NCBI GenBank assembly: GCA_964478985.1
Contig: CAYZJW010000003.1
Coordinates: forward strand, 1-40,313
DNA length: 40,313 bases
Reading direction: 5' to 3'
Source of the DNA: an uncultured Actinomycetota bacterium
GTDB taxonomy: Bacteria; Actinomycetota; Humimicrobiia; Humimicrobiales; Humimicrobiaceae
The notes beneath the pieces were generated by a model. The model did not search any database. It saw nothing but the letters and a program-made list of their open reading frames with translations, and was not told the DNA's origin. A program made the translations under genes and the position numbers. This document shows, in pieces, positions 33,044 through 40,313 of the stretch. Each line of letters starts with the position of its first letter. Position 1 is the first letter of the stretch.

Positions 33044-33697
33044 ATGAACAATATCTTTAAACCGGCTATAGAAAATATTGACAGGATAGTGAAAACACTG
33101 GAAGACACCTACCCGGATGCCCTCCGTTCCACCCTGGACCATAAGGATGCTTTCCAGCTCCTGGTGTCTACCATACTGGCTGCCCAGAGCACTGATAAGC
33201 TGGTAAATACCATTACCCCGGACCTGTTTGAAAAGTATAAGGGACCACAGGACTTTGCCGATGCCGACCCCGGGGTCATGGAGCAGGATATAAGGAAGAC
33301 TGGATTTTTCCGCAATAAGACAAAAAGCATAATGGGAGCCGCCCGGGAGATAGTAGAGAGTTTTGAAGGCAGTGTACCCGGCAATATGAAGGACCTCCTG
33401 ACCCTTCCCGGAGTGGGAAGAAAGACGGCCAATGTAGTGCTGGGAGAATGCTTTGGAAAACAGGTCATTGTGGTAGACACCCATATGAAGCGGATATCCC
33501 GTCATATAGGGCTTACCGATAATACTGATCCCGATAAGATAGAATCTGACCTGGCAGGGATAATACCGGAAAAGGCCCGTACAAGCTTTTCGCATAAGAT
33601 AGTCCGGCACGGCAGGACCATATGTATAGCCAGGAGGCCGAAATGCAGCGAGTGCCCTATCCTTAAATATTGCCGTTATGGGCAGGAGAATGCCTGA
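33044..33697 (+). CDS. nth: endonuclease III (HhH-GPD DNA glycosylase/AP lyase with 4Fe-4S cluster)
   Basis: LVSTILAAQSTD, LPGVGRKTANVVL, VDTHMKR, and the cluster loop CIARRPKCSECPILKYC. Confidence 0.92.
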   Translation: MNNIFKPAIENIDRIVKTLEDTYPDALRSTLDHKDAFQLLVSTILAAQSTDKLVNTITPDLFEKYKGPQDFADADPGVMEQDIRKTGFFRNKTKSIMGAAREIVESFEGSVPGNMKDLLTLPGVGRKTANVVLGECFGKQVIVVDTHMKRISRHIGLTDNTDPDKIESDLAGIIPEKARTSFSHKIVRHGRTICIARRPKCSECPILKYCRYGQENA

Positions 33698-33734
33698 TAT
33701 TGCCGGCACAGGATGATATCGGTATTATCATGTG

Positions 33735-35261
33735 CTATATCCCGCTTATTTTTTCAAAATCCCCTTCCAGGTCCTTGTATAATGACCTGTATACCGCATA
33801 GTATTTGGAATACAGGTCATTAGTCTCAGCATCCGGCTCCGTCTCGGTAACTTCCTTCAGGATACTGCTGCAGGCTTTTCTTACTGAAGGATACAATCCT
33901 GCCCCCACTCCGGCTATTATGGCAGCCCCGTAAGAAGGACCTTCCTCCACATTCAGGGTCACTATAGTGGTGCCGAATATATCGGCAGTGATCTTCCTCC
34001 ACAGCCCTGACCTGGCTCCCCCGCCGAATAGCACTACTTTCTCAGATGATATGCCGGCATCGGCCATAAGGTTAAAGCAGTCATACTGGGAATAGGTTAT
34101 GCCTTCCATAACAGCCCGGGCAAAGTGGGAGCTGTCGTGGACATAGGAAATGCCGAAAAATACTCCCCTGGCATGAGGATCGGCATAGGGGGTCCTCTCC
34201 CCGGAAAGATAGGGTAGAAATATAAGTCCTTCTGATCCTGCAGGAGCTGACTCTGCCTGTTTGTTTAAGAGCTCATACTTGGAAAGGCTGCTGTATCTGG
34301 TTTTTATTTCACCAGATATCCCAAATGTATCATGATACCATTTATAGGAGCCGGCTGCAGATAAGGTGACTCCCATAAGGTGCCAGGCGCCTTCCACGGC
34401 ATGGCAGAATGAATGCAGCCTTCCCGCCGGGTCGTATACCGCCTCATCCGAATGGGCAAATACTACTCCGGAGGTTCCCAGATAGTCAGATATCACTCCT
34501 TCATATACGATACCGGAACCAACTGCCCCTCCGGCCTGGTCCCCGGCCCCTCCGGCAATGGGAGTGCCCTGTATCAGGCCGGTGAGCTTCGCTGCCTCAT
34601 CCGAGACTTTTGATGATATATATGCGGACTCATAGACGGGGGGGAGAAGATCTTTATCGATATCAAGTCCGTCTATTATATCATCCGACCAGGTCCTTTT
34701 TGCTATATCCATAAGGATGGTGCCTGAGGCATCAGATACTTCGGTGGCATAGGCTCCTGAGAGCCTGTAGCGTATATAGTCCTTGGGAAGAAGTATCCTG
34801 GCCACTTTCTTATAGTTCTCCGGCTCATTTTCCCTGAGCCACAATATCTTGGGTGCCGTAAAACCAGTCAGGGCTTTATTATATGACAGCTTTATAAACT
34901 CAGCCTCTCCGCCGAAGGTATCATAAATGGCATCACACTGGGGAGCTGTCCTCTGGTCGCACCAAAGGAGGGCCGGCCTTATTACTTTGCCGTCCCTGTC
35001 CATAAATACCGAACCGTGCATCTGGCCCGATATGCCTATGGCGGCTATGTCAGAGGGGTCTATCCCTGATCCGGAAAGTACTTCCTTTACTGTCTTGACT
35101 GCTGCTTCCCACCACAGGTCCGGATGCTGCTGGGCCCAGCCCGGCCTGGGAGTATCCATATCGTATTCTTCGGTGGATGATGATATAAGTTTACCTTCCT
35201 GGTCTATCAGTATGCATCTTGTTGATGAAGTGCCCGCGTCAAATCCTATAAGATACTGCAT
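33735..35261 (-). CDS. xylB: xylulokinase (FGGY family)
   Basis: By eye it aligns closely with E. coli XylB: GFDAGTSS, GISGQMHGSVFMD, FTAPKILWLRENEP, LLPKDYIRYRLSG, HSFCHA...WHLMGV, FLPYLSGERTP, FGGGARS. Start moved to MQYLIGF (GGAGGAG SD). Confidence 0.85.
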   Translation of the reverse strand: MQYLIGFDAGTSSTRCILIDQEGKLISSSTEEYDMDTPRPGWAQQHPDLWWEAAVKTVKEVLSGSGIDPSDIAAIGISGQMHGSVFMDRDGKVIRPALLWCDQRTAPQCDAIYDTFGGEAEFIKLSYNKALTGFTAPKILWLRENEPENYKKVARILLPKDYIRYRLSGAYATEVSDASGTILMDIAKRTWSDDIIDGLDIDKDLLPPVYESAYISSKVSDEAAKLTGLIQGTPIAGGAGDQAGGAVGSGIVYEGVISDYLGTSGVVFAHSDEAVYDPAGRLHSFCHAVEGAWHLMGVTLSAAGSYKWYHDTFGISGEIKTRYSSLSKYELLNKQAESAPAGSEGLIFLPYLSGERTPYADPHARGVFFGISYVHDSSHFARAVMEGITYSQYDCFNLMADAGISSEKVVLFGGGARSGLWRKITADIFGTTIVTLNVEEGPSYGAAIIAGVGAGLYPSVRKACSSILKEVTETEPDAETNDLYSKYYAVYRSLYKDLEGDFEKISGI

Positions 35262-35388
35262 ATCTCCTCCCCGTCTCACGGCTATATTAATACTTTTATA
35301 TAATCATATAAGAACCAGCAAAAATCCTACTGTCTGCCGCTTATTTAAAAAACCGGCATATCCTGAAGCATTAAAGAAGTTTTGAACC

Positions 35389-35805
35389 TTACATCTCCTT
35401 TGCCAGCGTGGACCTGGCCACAGCGGCATGCTTTACACCTTTTGCCACCTTGAGCCTGGCTTCCAGGTCATATACTTTCTTTATCTTTCCCTTTAACGCT
35501 ATTATCTCCAGGCAGTTGCTGTGGTCAAGGTGCACATGCTGGCTGGATATTATTATGTCATGGTAATCATGCTGTATGCTTACCAGGTTTTCCACCAGAT
35601 CATGGTGGTGATGGTCATATACCATTATTATGGCTCCAGCCACTTCCTCATCTTCATCTTCCCAGGCCGTCTCTACCAGCTCCTTCCGCACCAGGTCCCT
35701 TAAGGCTTCGGACCGGTTCCGGTAACCCTTTTCCCTTACATACCCGTCAAGAGCCGAAAGCAGGTTTTCCTCCATAGATACACCGAACCTTTTTAACTCT
35801 GCCAT
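35389..35805 (-). CDS. nikR: nickel-responsive transcriptional regulator NikR
   Basis: N-terminal ribbon-helix-helix (RFGVSMEENLLSALD...RNRSEALRDLVR). The C-terminal nickel site DHHHHDL...QHVHLDHSNCLEI is nearly superimposable on E. coli NikR (HHHHDL...LHVHINHDDCLEI). Its ATG overlaps the upstream stop (TAATG). Confidence 0.9.
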   Translation of the reverse strand: MAELKRFGVSMEENLLSALDGYVREKGYRNRSEALRDLVRKELVETAWEDEDEEVAGAIIMVYDHHHHDLVENLVSIQHDYHDIIISSQHVHLDHSNCLEIIALKGKIKKVYDLEARLKVAKGVKHAAVARSTLAKEM

Positions 35806-36569
35806 TACTTACTCCTCTCAAGCAGGGCATACAGGCTTATATGCTTTTTGGGATCAAATTGCTCACTGCCCCCTGTGCCTGTTAACCTTATTTTTTTAAA
35901 TCCGGCATTCTTTGCCATACTCTTAAACATATTGACCTTAAGCGTGGCCAGGTATGATGAGTTTACAAAAAAATCATGAGCCGAGCTTCCCTTTAGCCTG
36001 GTTATTATAAAGTCTACCCTGGTCTTTACCTTTCCATACTGGAAATGCTTAATAAACACATAGGTAAACCCGTCTTTTTCAAATACCTTCGGGGAATAAT
36101 AATCATTTTTATCTATTATGGTAGAACTGAAATTTAAGAACTGCAGTACTGCCAGGCCGCCGTCTGCCAGCCTCTTTCTCATATTTTTCAGCGCCATTTT
36201 TATCTTTTTCCTGTCTCCCAGTATGGGAAGAGTGTTGCCCAGGGAAGTTATAAGGTCAAAATCCCCTGGAGGGAGGCTCTCCAGTTCCTCAAAACCTTTC
36301 TGATAAAGGGTCACATTTTGAGCCTTTATGGTATTTTTACCGGCAAAATCCACCATATCAGGATCGGGATCGATAGCCGTCACTTCCCGGGCATACCCGG
36401 CAAACATCTGGGCATGATGCCCGGTTCCGCATCCTATCTCCAGGACCCTGCCTATTTTCCTCTCATTGAATATTTTTTCGAAGAAGTGTCTTTCCTTATC
36501 CATCCTTTTGTCCCAGTCTACCTGCAGGTCATAGTACTCCGGGTTGAAATCAAAATTTTTTGTGGCCAT
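35805..36569 (-). CDS. class I SAM-dependent methyltransferase (small-molecule/protein type)
   Basis: VLEIGCGTGHHAQ (motif I), AIDPDPDMV, DLITSLGN, ADGGLAVLQ. I see no DPPY/NPPY-type DNA methyltransferase motif. Confidence 0.8.
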   Translation of the reverse strand: MATKNFDFNPEYYDLQVDWDKRMDKERHFFEKIFNERKIGRVLEIGCGTGHHAQMFAGYAREVTAIDPDPDMVDFAGKNTIKAQNVTLYQKGFEELESLPPGDFDLITSLGNTLPILGDRKKIKMALKNMRKRLADGGLAVLQFLNFSSTIIDKNDYYSPKVFEKDGFTYVFIKHFQYGKVKTRVDFIITRLKGSSAHDFFVNSSYLATLKVNMFKSMAKNAGFKKIRLTGTGGSEQFDPKKHISLYALLERSK

Positions 36570-36575
36570 TTCTAC

Positions 36576-38930
36576 CTACTTCATCTCTATTACTTTATTA
36601 ACTGTATATTTTCTGGAAAGGCCGGCAATCTCATCTTTTACCGAAAAATATACTATAGACCAGCCCTTATGTGCCAGTTTCTTTAAAACCTTAAACTGGT
36701 TCTCGAGCCTGCGGCTGTCAGATGACAGGAAGGCATCATCTATTATGAAGAACCCCCTTCCCTCCCCCAGCATCTCCTCAGATATGGCTATCCTTATGGA
36801 AAGGAAAAGCTGGTCATATGCTCCTTTGCTAAGTTTTTCTGCAGTAAGGGTATTTCCTCCTGCATCCGCTACTGTCACTTCACCGGCCTGGCTGTCAAAC
36901 CTGACGTCTTTATATTTATTCCCGGTTATGTCTGCGAATATGTCAGAGATCTTAAGTTTTTCAAAAAGTTCCGATACCTTGGTCTCTTCCGTATTTTTTA
37001 TATCCTCAAAAATCCTTATTGCTTCAGCTGCCAGGTTCTGCTGCCGGTCTATCAGCCCTGCAAATCTATTACAGTGATCGACAGCTTCCCGGAGCCTCTC
37101 CAAATTGTTTATCTCGAATGGCCCCAGCCTGTCAAGGTACCGGGGAAGGTCCAGGGCGGCAAACTTTCCCTGGAATCTGTTAAGTTTATCCCTGTGTTCT
37201 TCGAGGCTTATTTTAAGCCTGCCCTCCTTTTCCTCCAGGGCTTCCAGTTCCGACCTTAAGTCTTCCAGCTTCTCCTTACCGGCTTCTTCATCCTCCGGTA
37301 CAGGCTCTCCATCCGGCCTTAAACCGGACAGCTTTTCTTCCCAGGTAGTGATGGCGTCACCGAATCCTTCCGCCATCTCTCCCAGGTCCCTGTCAGGATC
37401 ATATCCAGGGATATCCCCTCCCGGCATCTCCATCAGCGACCTGGCCAGCGACATCATCTCCGAAGCCGCCCTGTTTCTCAGCCGCCTCTTTTCATTGAAC
37501 TGGTTTATATCACTTATGCCAAGACTTCCCATTATCTCTTCCAGTTCCAGCTCATATGACTTTTTATCCCTTATATAATCTTCCAGTGCCGATGATAACT
37601 TTTTATCATCCATTTCCAGCAGTCTTAACTGGTCATCAAGACGGTCCCTTTCACCGGTTTTTTCCCTGTACCCATCATCAAATGCCGCTGCCGCCGGCAG
37701 CACTTCTTCCAGGCCCTCTATCCGGAAACCTATCTTCCTGAACTCGTTTTCCAAAAGTTTTTCTTCAGCAGCAAAATGGCCTGCCTTTATGCCTGCCCGG
37801 TTTACTATGAATACCGCCAGGCCCGCAATAAGTAGGAGTACTGGCAGTATAAAGGAGTATAAAAGACTGCCGGTGGGTATATATACTGCCGGGAAGCTGA
37901 GCGGTGCCAACAGAAGCAGTATTACAGTTATCACCCTGGAAAAGGTCTCCGGCTCCTTTACCTCCTCTGCCTTACGGCGGTTAAATATCTCAAGTTCTGC
38001 CTTCAACCGGTCTATAAGGGCTTTCTTTGATTCAAGCGCATCCAGTTTTCCCTGGACCTGCGCCAGCTTTTCCTCCAGCCCTGTCCTTTGTTTTATATTC
38101 TTTTCCTGGTCGGAAGTAGTGCGGGAGACCCTGCTGCCGAGACTGTCGATATTTATTATAAGCTCTGATATTTTTTCATATTTTGCCTGGCTGAAATCCT
38201 TATGGTCCTTATATATTTTCCACCTGTCCCTGAGGCTCCGGAGGGTTGAACTATTTTTCCTGTATTCCTGCCACTGAAGCGTCCGCAGGCTTTCCTTTAT
38301 TTCCTTCCTGGTACTTTTTATCTTTTGCCTGGCAGTCAACTGTTCCAGTTCCAGGTAATCAAGTTTTTTATCTTCAGATTCCTCTATGTACTCCTTTGCC
38401 TGGCAACTAAGATCTACTGCCAGTGTGCGAAGCTGGCTTATCTTGCCGTATTTTCTGTCATTTGAAAGCCTGGAATCGCTGGAAGGGTTTACCAGCCTTC
38501 CGAAATCCTGTATATAAGACATGATATCTTCTATCTGTTCCAGCCTTAGACCGGTAAGCTTATCGGTTATATTCCTAAAATATCCGCACTCATCCCTCAG
38601 GGTAAGGTCGCTGTCACGGATAATAAAAATATTCCTTAAGTCCATCCCTCCCAGGTCCATATGCCTTTCCAGGCCTTTTCTTATGTCTACTTTCTGCTCT
38701 TTGCCCTTATTGTCCTCAAAAAGTATATATCCTTCCGGCTCCTGGCTGACTCTGTCAATATGTTCAAAATCCCTGGTCTTTCCCTCCAGCAGCATCTTGA
38801 TGACTGCATCTATGGTAAGGGTCTTTCCGGACTCATTAGGGCCCATTATTACCTGCAGTCCGGGACTGATATCAAGTTCCAGGCTGTTTATGGGTCCGTA
38901 CTTTATAATATGTATCTTTTTTATCCTCAT
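36576..38930 (-). CDS. Rad50/SbcC-like AAA ATPase (YhaN-like) with a central two-helix membrane hairpin
   Basis: Walker A GPNESGKT at aa 30-37. Long coiled-coil arms. aa 331-377 (nt 37800-37940) VITVILLLLAPLSFPAVYIPTGSLLYSFILPVLLLIAGLAVFIV are hydrophobic. C-terminal signature and Walker B: LSKGAYDQLFLSIRIA...FFIIDDAFLSSD. No CxxC hook. Confidence 0.8.
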   Translation of the reverse strand: MRIKKIHIIKYGPINSLELDISPGLQVIMGPNESGKTLTIDAVIKMLLEGKTRDFEHIDRVSQEPEGYILFEDNKGKEQKVDIRKGLERHMDLGGMDLRNIFIIRDSDLTLRDECGYFRNITDKLTGLRLEQIEDIMSYIQDFGRLVNPSSDSRLSNDRKYGKISQLRTLAVDLSCQAKEYIEESEDKKLDYLELEQLTARQKIKSTRKEIKESLRTLQWQEYRKNSSTLRSLRDRWKIYKDHKDFSQAKYEKISELIINIDSLGSRVSRTTSDQEKNIKQRTGLEEKLAQVQGKLDALESKKALIDRLKAELEIFNRRKAEEVKEPETFSRVITVILLLLAPLSFPAVYIPTGSLLYSFILPVLLLIAGLAVFIVNRAGIKAGHFAAEEKLLENEFRKIGFRIEGLEEVLPAAAAFDDGYREKTGERDRLDDQLRLLEMDDKKLSSALEDYIRDKKSYELELEEIMGSLGISDINQFNEKRRLRNRAASEMMSLARSLMEMPGGDIPGYDPDRDLGEMAEGFGDAITTWEEKLSGLRPDGEPVPEDEEAGKEKLEDLRSELEALEEKEGRLKISLEEHRDKLNRFQGKFAALDLPRYLDRLGPFEINNLERLREAVDHCNRFAGLIDRQQNLAAEAIRIFEDIKNTEETKVSELFEKLKISDIFADITGNKYKDVRFDSQAGEVTVADAGGNTLTAEKLSKGAYDQLFLSIRIAISEEMLGEGRGFFIIDDAFLSSDSRRLENQFKVLKKLAHKGWSIVYFSVKDEIAGLSRKYTVNKVIEMK

Positions 38931-38933
38931 ATG

Positions 38934-40007
38934 CTACCTGGCTTTTATCTTTGAAAACTGCGATATTACCATCTCTTCCATTTCCTTTTCAAATCCTTCT
39001 TCCAGCCCCGCCTGTTTAAGTCTTTCTTTAAATGCTCCGTACAGGGGGTCTTCCAGTACAGAACTTATATCACGGTACTGTTCCACGACCTCGATTGCCA
39101 TATTCTTTCCCGTATTTTTCTGCACCAGCTTTTTTATGATACCAGCCAATTCCTTCTCGCCAGAGGATATGAATCCGCCCATATTAATGCATATATCAAC
39201 CCTGTGGCCGCTGTATTTTTTTAATGTCTTTTCCAGCTCATTCAATATATCGTATTCCATTCCCGGCGAGAAGCCTATTTCAATATCCTCATAGTAGAAG
39301 GAATCCAGGGGAAGAAATTTTATACTTTCGCTGGAAGGTCTTTCTGTATCCAGAAGCACGGCAGTACGCCTGCCTTTCTCCTTCCTGGAGACAGATACAG
39401 GACTTCCCGGGTAAAGGAAAAGGGTCTTTTCCGAAAGGCGGTTTTCCACAGTCCTGGAATGGAAATGCCCGGCAAACACATAATCAAATCCAATATTTCC
39501 CAGTATCTTCGAATTGACAGGTAGATATGCCTGCTTCTTCTCATCCCCGTATCCGTCATCAGCCAGGTATGGCATGTCAAGAGTGCAGTGTATTACCAGA
39601 ATATTTATTTTTTCTCCGTTAATGCTCCCACTGAGGGGGCCGGCCAGGTCATTGAAAACCTGGTTTGCATATGGGACTGCAGTTATCCTTACTTCTTCGA
39701 AGTCGATGACCTCGAAAGGATGCCGGTTCAGTACTTTGATGCTGTCACCGAAATTCATATCGGCCCTGTATGCATCCATATCATGGTTTCCGGGAATTAC
39801 CATTATGGTAAACGGCAGGGAGGACAGCATCTTTCTAAGCCGGGGCCTTAAGATGTCTGCTTCCTCATTGGAGTCAAACATATCACCGCTAACCACCAGA
39901 AGGGCTGCCTTTTCTTCCTCAGCCTTTGCCAGTAGATCCTGCAATGCTTCCAGGCTTTCCTTTCTTCCGGAGCTTAGATGTATATCTGATGTGTGGATTA
40001 TTCTCAA
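38934..40007 (-). CDS. Mre11/SbcD-like metallophosphoesterase nuclease (YhaO-like)
   Basis: Phosphoesterase motifs in order: HTSDIHL, VVSGDMFD, IPGNHD, LVIHCT, FAGHFH. TTG start 1 nt after the upstream stop; its stop lies 3 nt before the ATPase ATG. Confidence 0.85.
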   Translation of the reverse strand: MRIIHTSDIHLSSGRKESLEALQDLLAKAEEEKAALLVVSGDMFDSNEEADILRPRLRKMLSSLPFTIMVIPGNHDMDAYRADMNFGDSIKVLNRHPFEVIDFEEVRITAVPYANQVFNDLAGPLSGSINGEKINILVIHCTLDMPYLADDGYGDEKKQAYLPVNSKILGNIGFDYVFAGHFHSRTVENRLSEKTLFLYPGSPVSVSRKEKGRRTAVLLDTERPSSESIKFLPLDSFYYEDIEIGFSPGMEYDILNELEKTLKKYSGHRVDICINMGGFISSGEKELAGIIKKLVQKNTGKNMAIEVVEQYRDISSVLEDPLYGAFKERLKQAGLEEGFEKEMEEMVISQFSKIKAR

Positions 40008-40008
40008 T

Positions 40009-40313
40009 CTATGCCTGCCTGTCCCTGGCTTTATCCAAAAAAGGTAGCTTTTTTCCCGTTATGAATCCGATGGCCTGGGTGGAGGCGATTATTTTATCAT
40101 CCTGGTTCTTTACGATAATATTATAGGTGCTGACAGTCTTGCCCCTGCTTACTTCTGAAGCTGAGGCAGTCAGTATGTCTCCAGGCCTGGAGGGTCTTAT
40201 ATAATTTATCTCGATATTCAGTGCTACTGTTATTATACCGTATGAATTGGCAGCTGCTCCGAATGCCACATCCACCAGGGAGAATATGGCTCCGCCATGG
40301 GTGGTGGAATGAA
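40009..40313 (-). CDS. PaaI/hotdog-fold thioesterase, C-terminal part (N-terminus outside the window)
   Basis: The frame stays open to the window edge. My translation upstream of the track start gives HSTTHGGAIFSLVDVAFGAAAN, the PaaI HGG...D..G motif. The track 'M' is an internal GTG. Confidence 0.75.
   Translation of the reverse strand, partial: HSTTHGGAIFSLVDVAFGAAANSYGIITVALNIEINYIRPSRPGDILTASASEVSRGKTVSTYNIIVKNQDDKIIASTQAIGFITGKKLPFLDKARDRQA

Noticed and set aside
32801-33709. 302-aa minus-strand ORF
   Set aside because: It is antisense to the 3' end of polX and all of nth, both with unambiguous motifs. The translation has no family signature.
35805-40007. Reading the nuclease + ATPase + methyltransferase trio as a restriction-modification or BREX/DISARM-like defence system
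   Set aside because: The methyltransferase has small-molecule/protein-type motifs and no (D/N)PP(Y/F) motif. There is no specificity subunit, helicase or phosphatase partner. The nuclease/ATPase pair looks like YhaO/YhaN-type repair proteins. A defence role cannot be excluded but the sequence alone does not support it.

Overview
Densely coding bacterial chromosomal window with about 40 genes, one tRNA and one RNase P RNA. Most genes have strong GGAGG-type Shine-Dalgarno sites. The RNase P RNA looks class A (E. coli-like), which argues against a classical low-GC Firmicute. There is no CRISPR array, rRNA, transposase or integrase. Left 14.6 kb, all on the minus strand: a carbohydrate uptake and catabolism locus. 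It combines a CUT1-type ABC importer (lipoprotein binding protein, two permeases, two tandem MalK-like ATPases, a 74-aa membrane peptide) with four xylose-isomerase-like TIM-barrel enzymes, one of them a clear ketose 3-epimerase homologue. It also holds a Zn-dependent dehydrogenase, a Gfo/Idh/MocA dehydrogenase, an OYE-type flavoenzyme with a 4Fe-4S motif and a PMI-like cupin. Middle: plsY, rnpB, rnhA, a COG1579-type zinc-ribbon gene, nif3, msrB, a MauE/DoxX-rhodanese fusion and an orphan Phd/YefM-like gene. An ArsR-family regulator follows, co-transcribed with a 1029-aa FAD/Fe-S (GlcD+GlcF-like) fusion that carries a very Met-rich tail. Then come a tRNA(CAT) whose 3' end is duplicated around a GC-rich 136-bp insert, a PAS-GGDEF-HD-GYP protein and a PflX-type radical SAM gene. 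Right: a damage-repair island (divergent polX paralogue, then pcm, a DUF763-like gene, polX and nth), then xylB. The window ends with a tightly packed operon: PaaI-like thioesterase, Mre11/SbcD-like nuclease, Rad50/SbcC-like ATPase with a membrane hairpin where the zinc hook should be, SAM methyltransferase, nikR. The best candidates for undescribed biology are four. (i) The kinase- and glycosidase-free redox sugar locus. (ii) The DUF763-like gene embedded between pcm, polX and nth. (iii) The membrane-anchored Rad50-like/Mre11-like module. (iv) The Met-rich tail on the FAD/Fe-S oxidoreductase. All family assignments come from reading motifs by eye; no searches were run.
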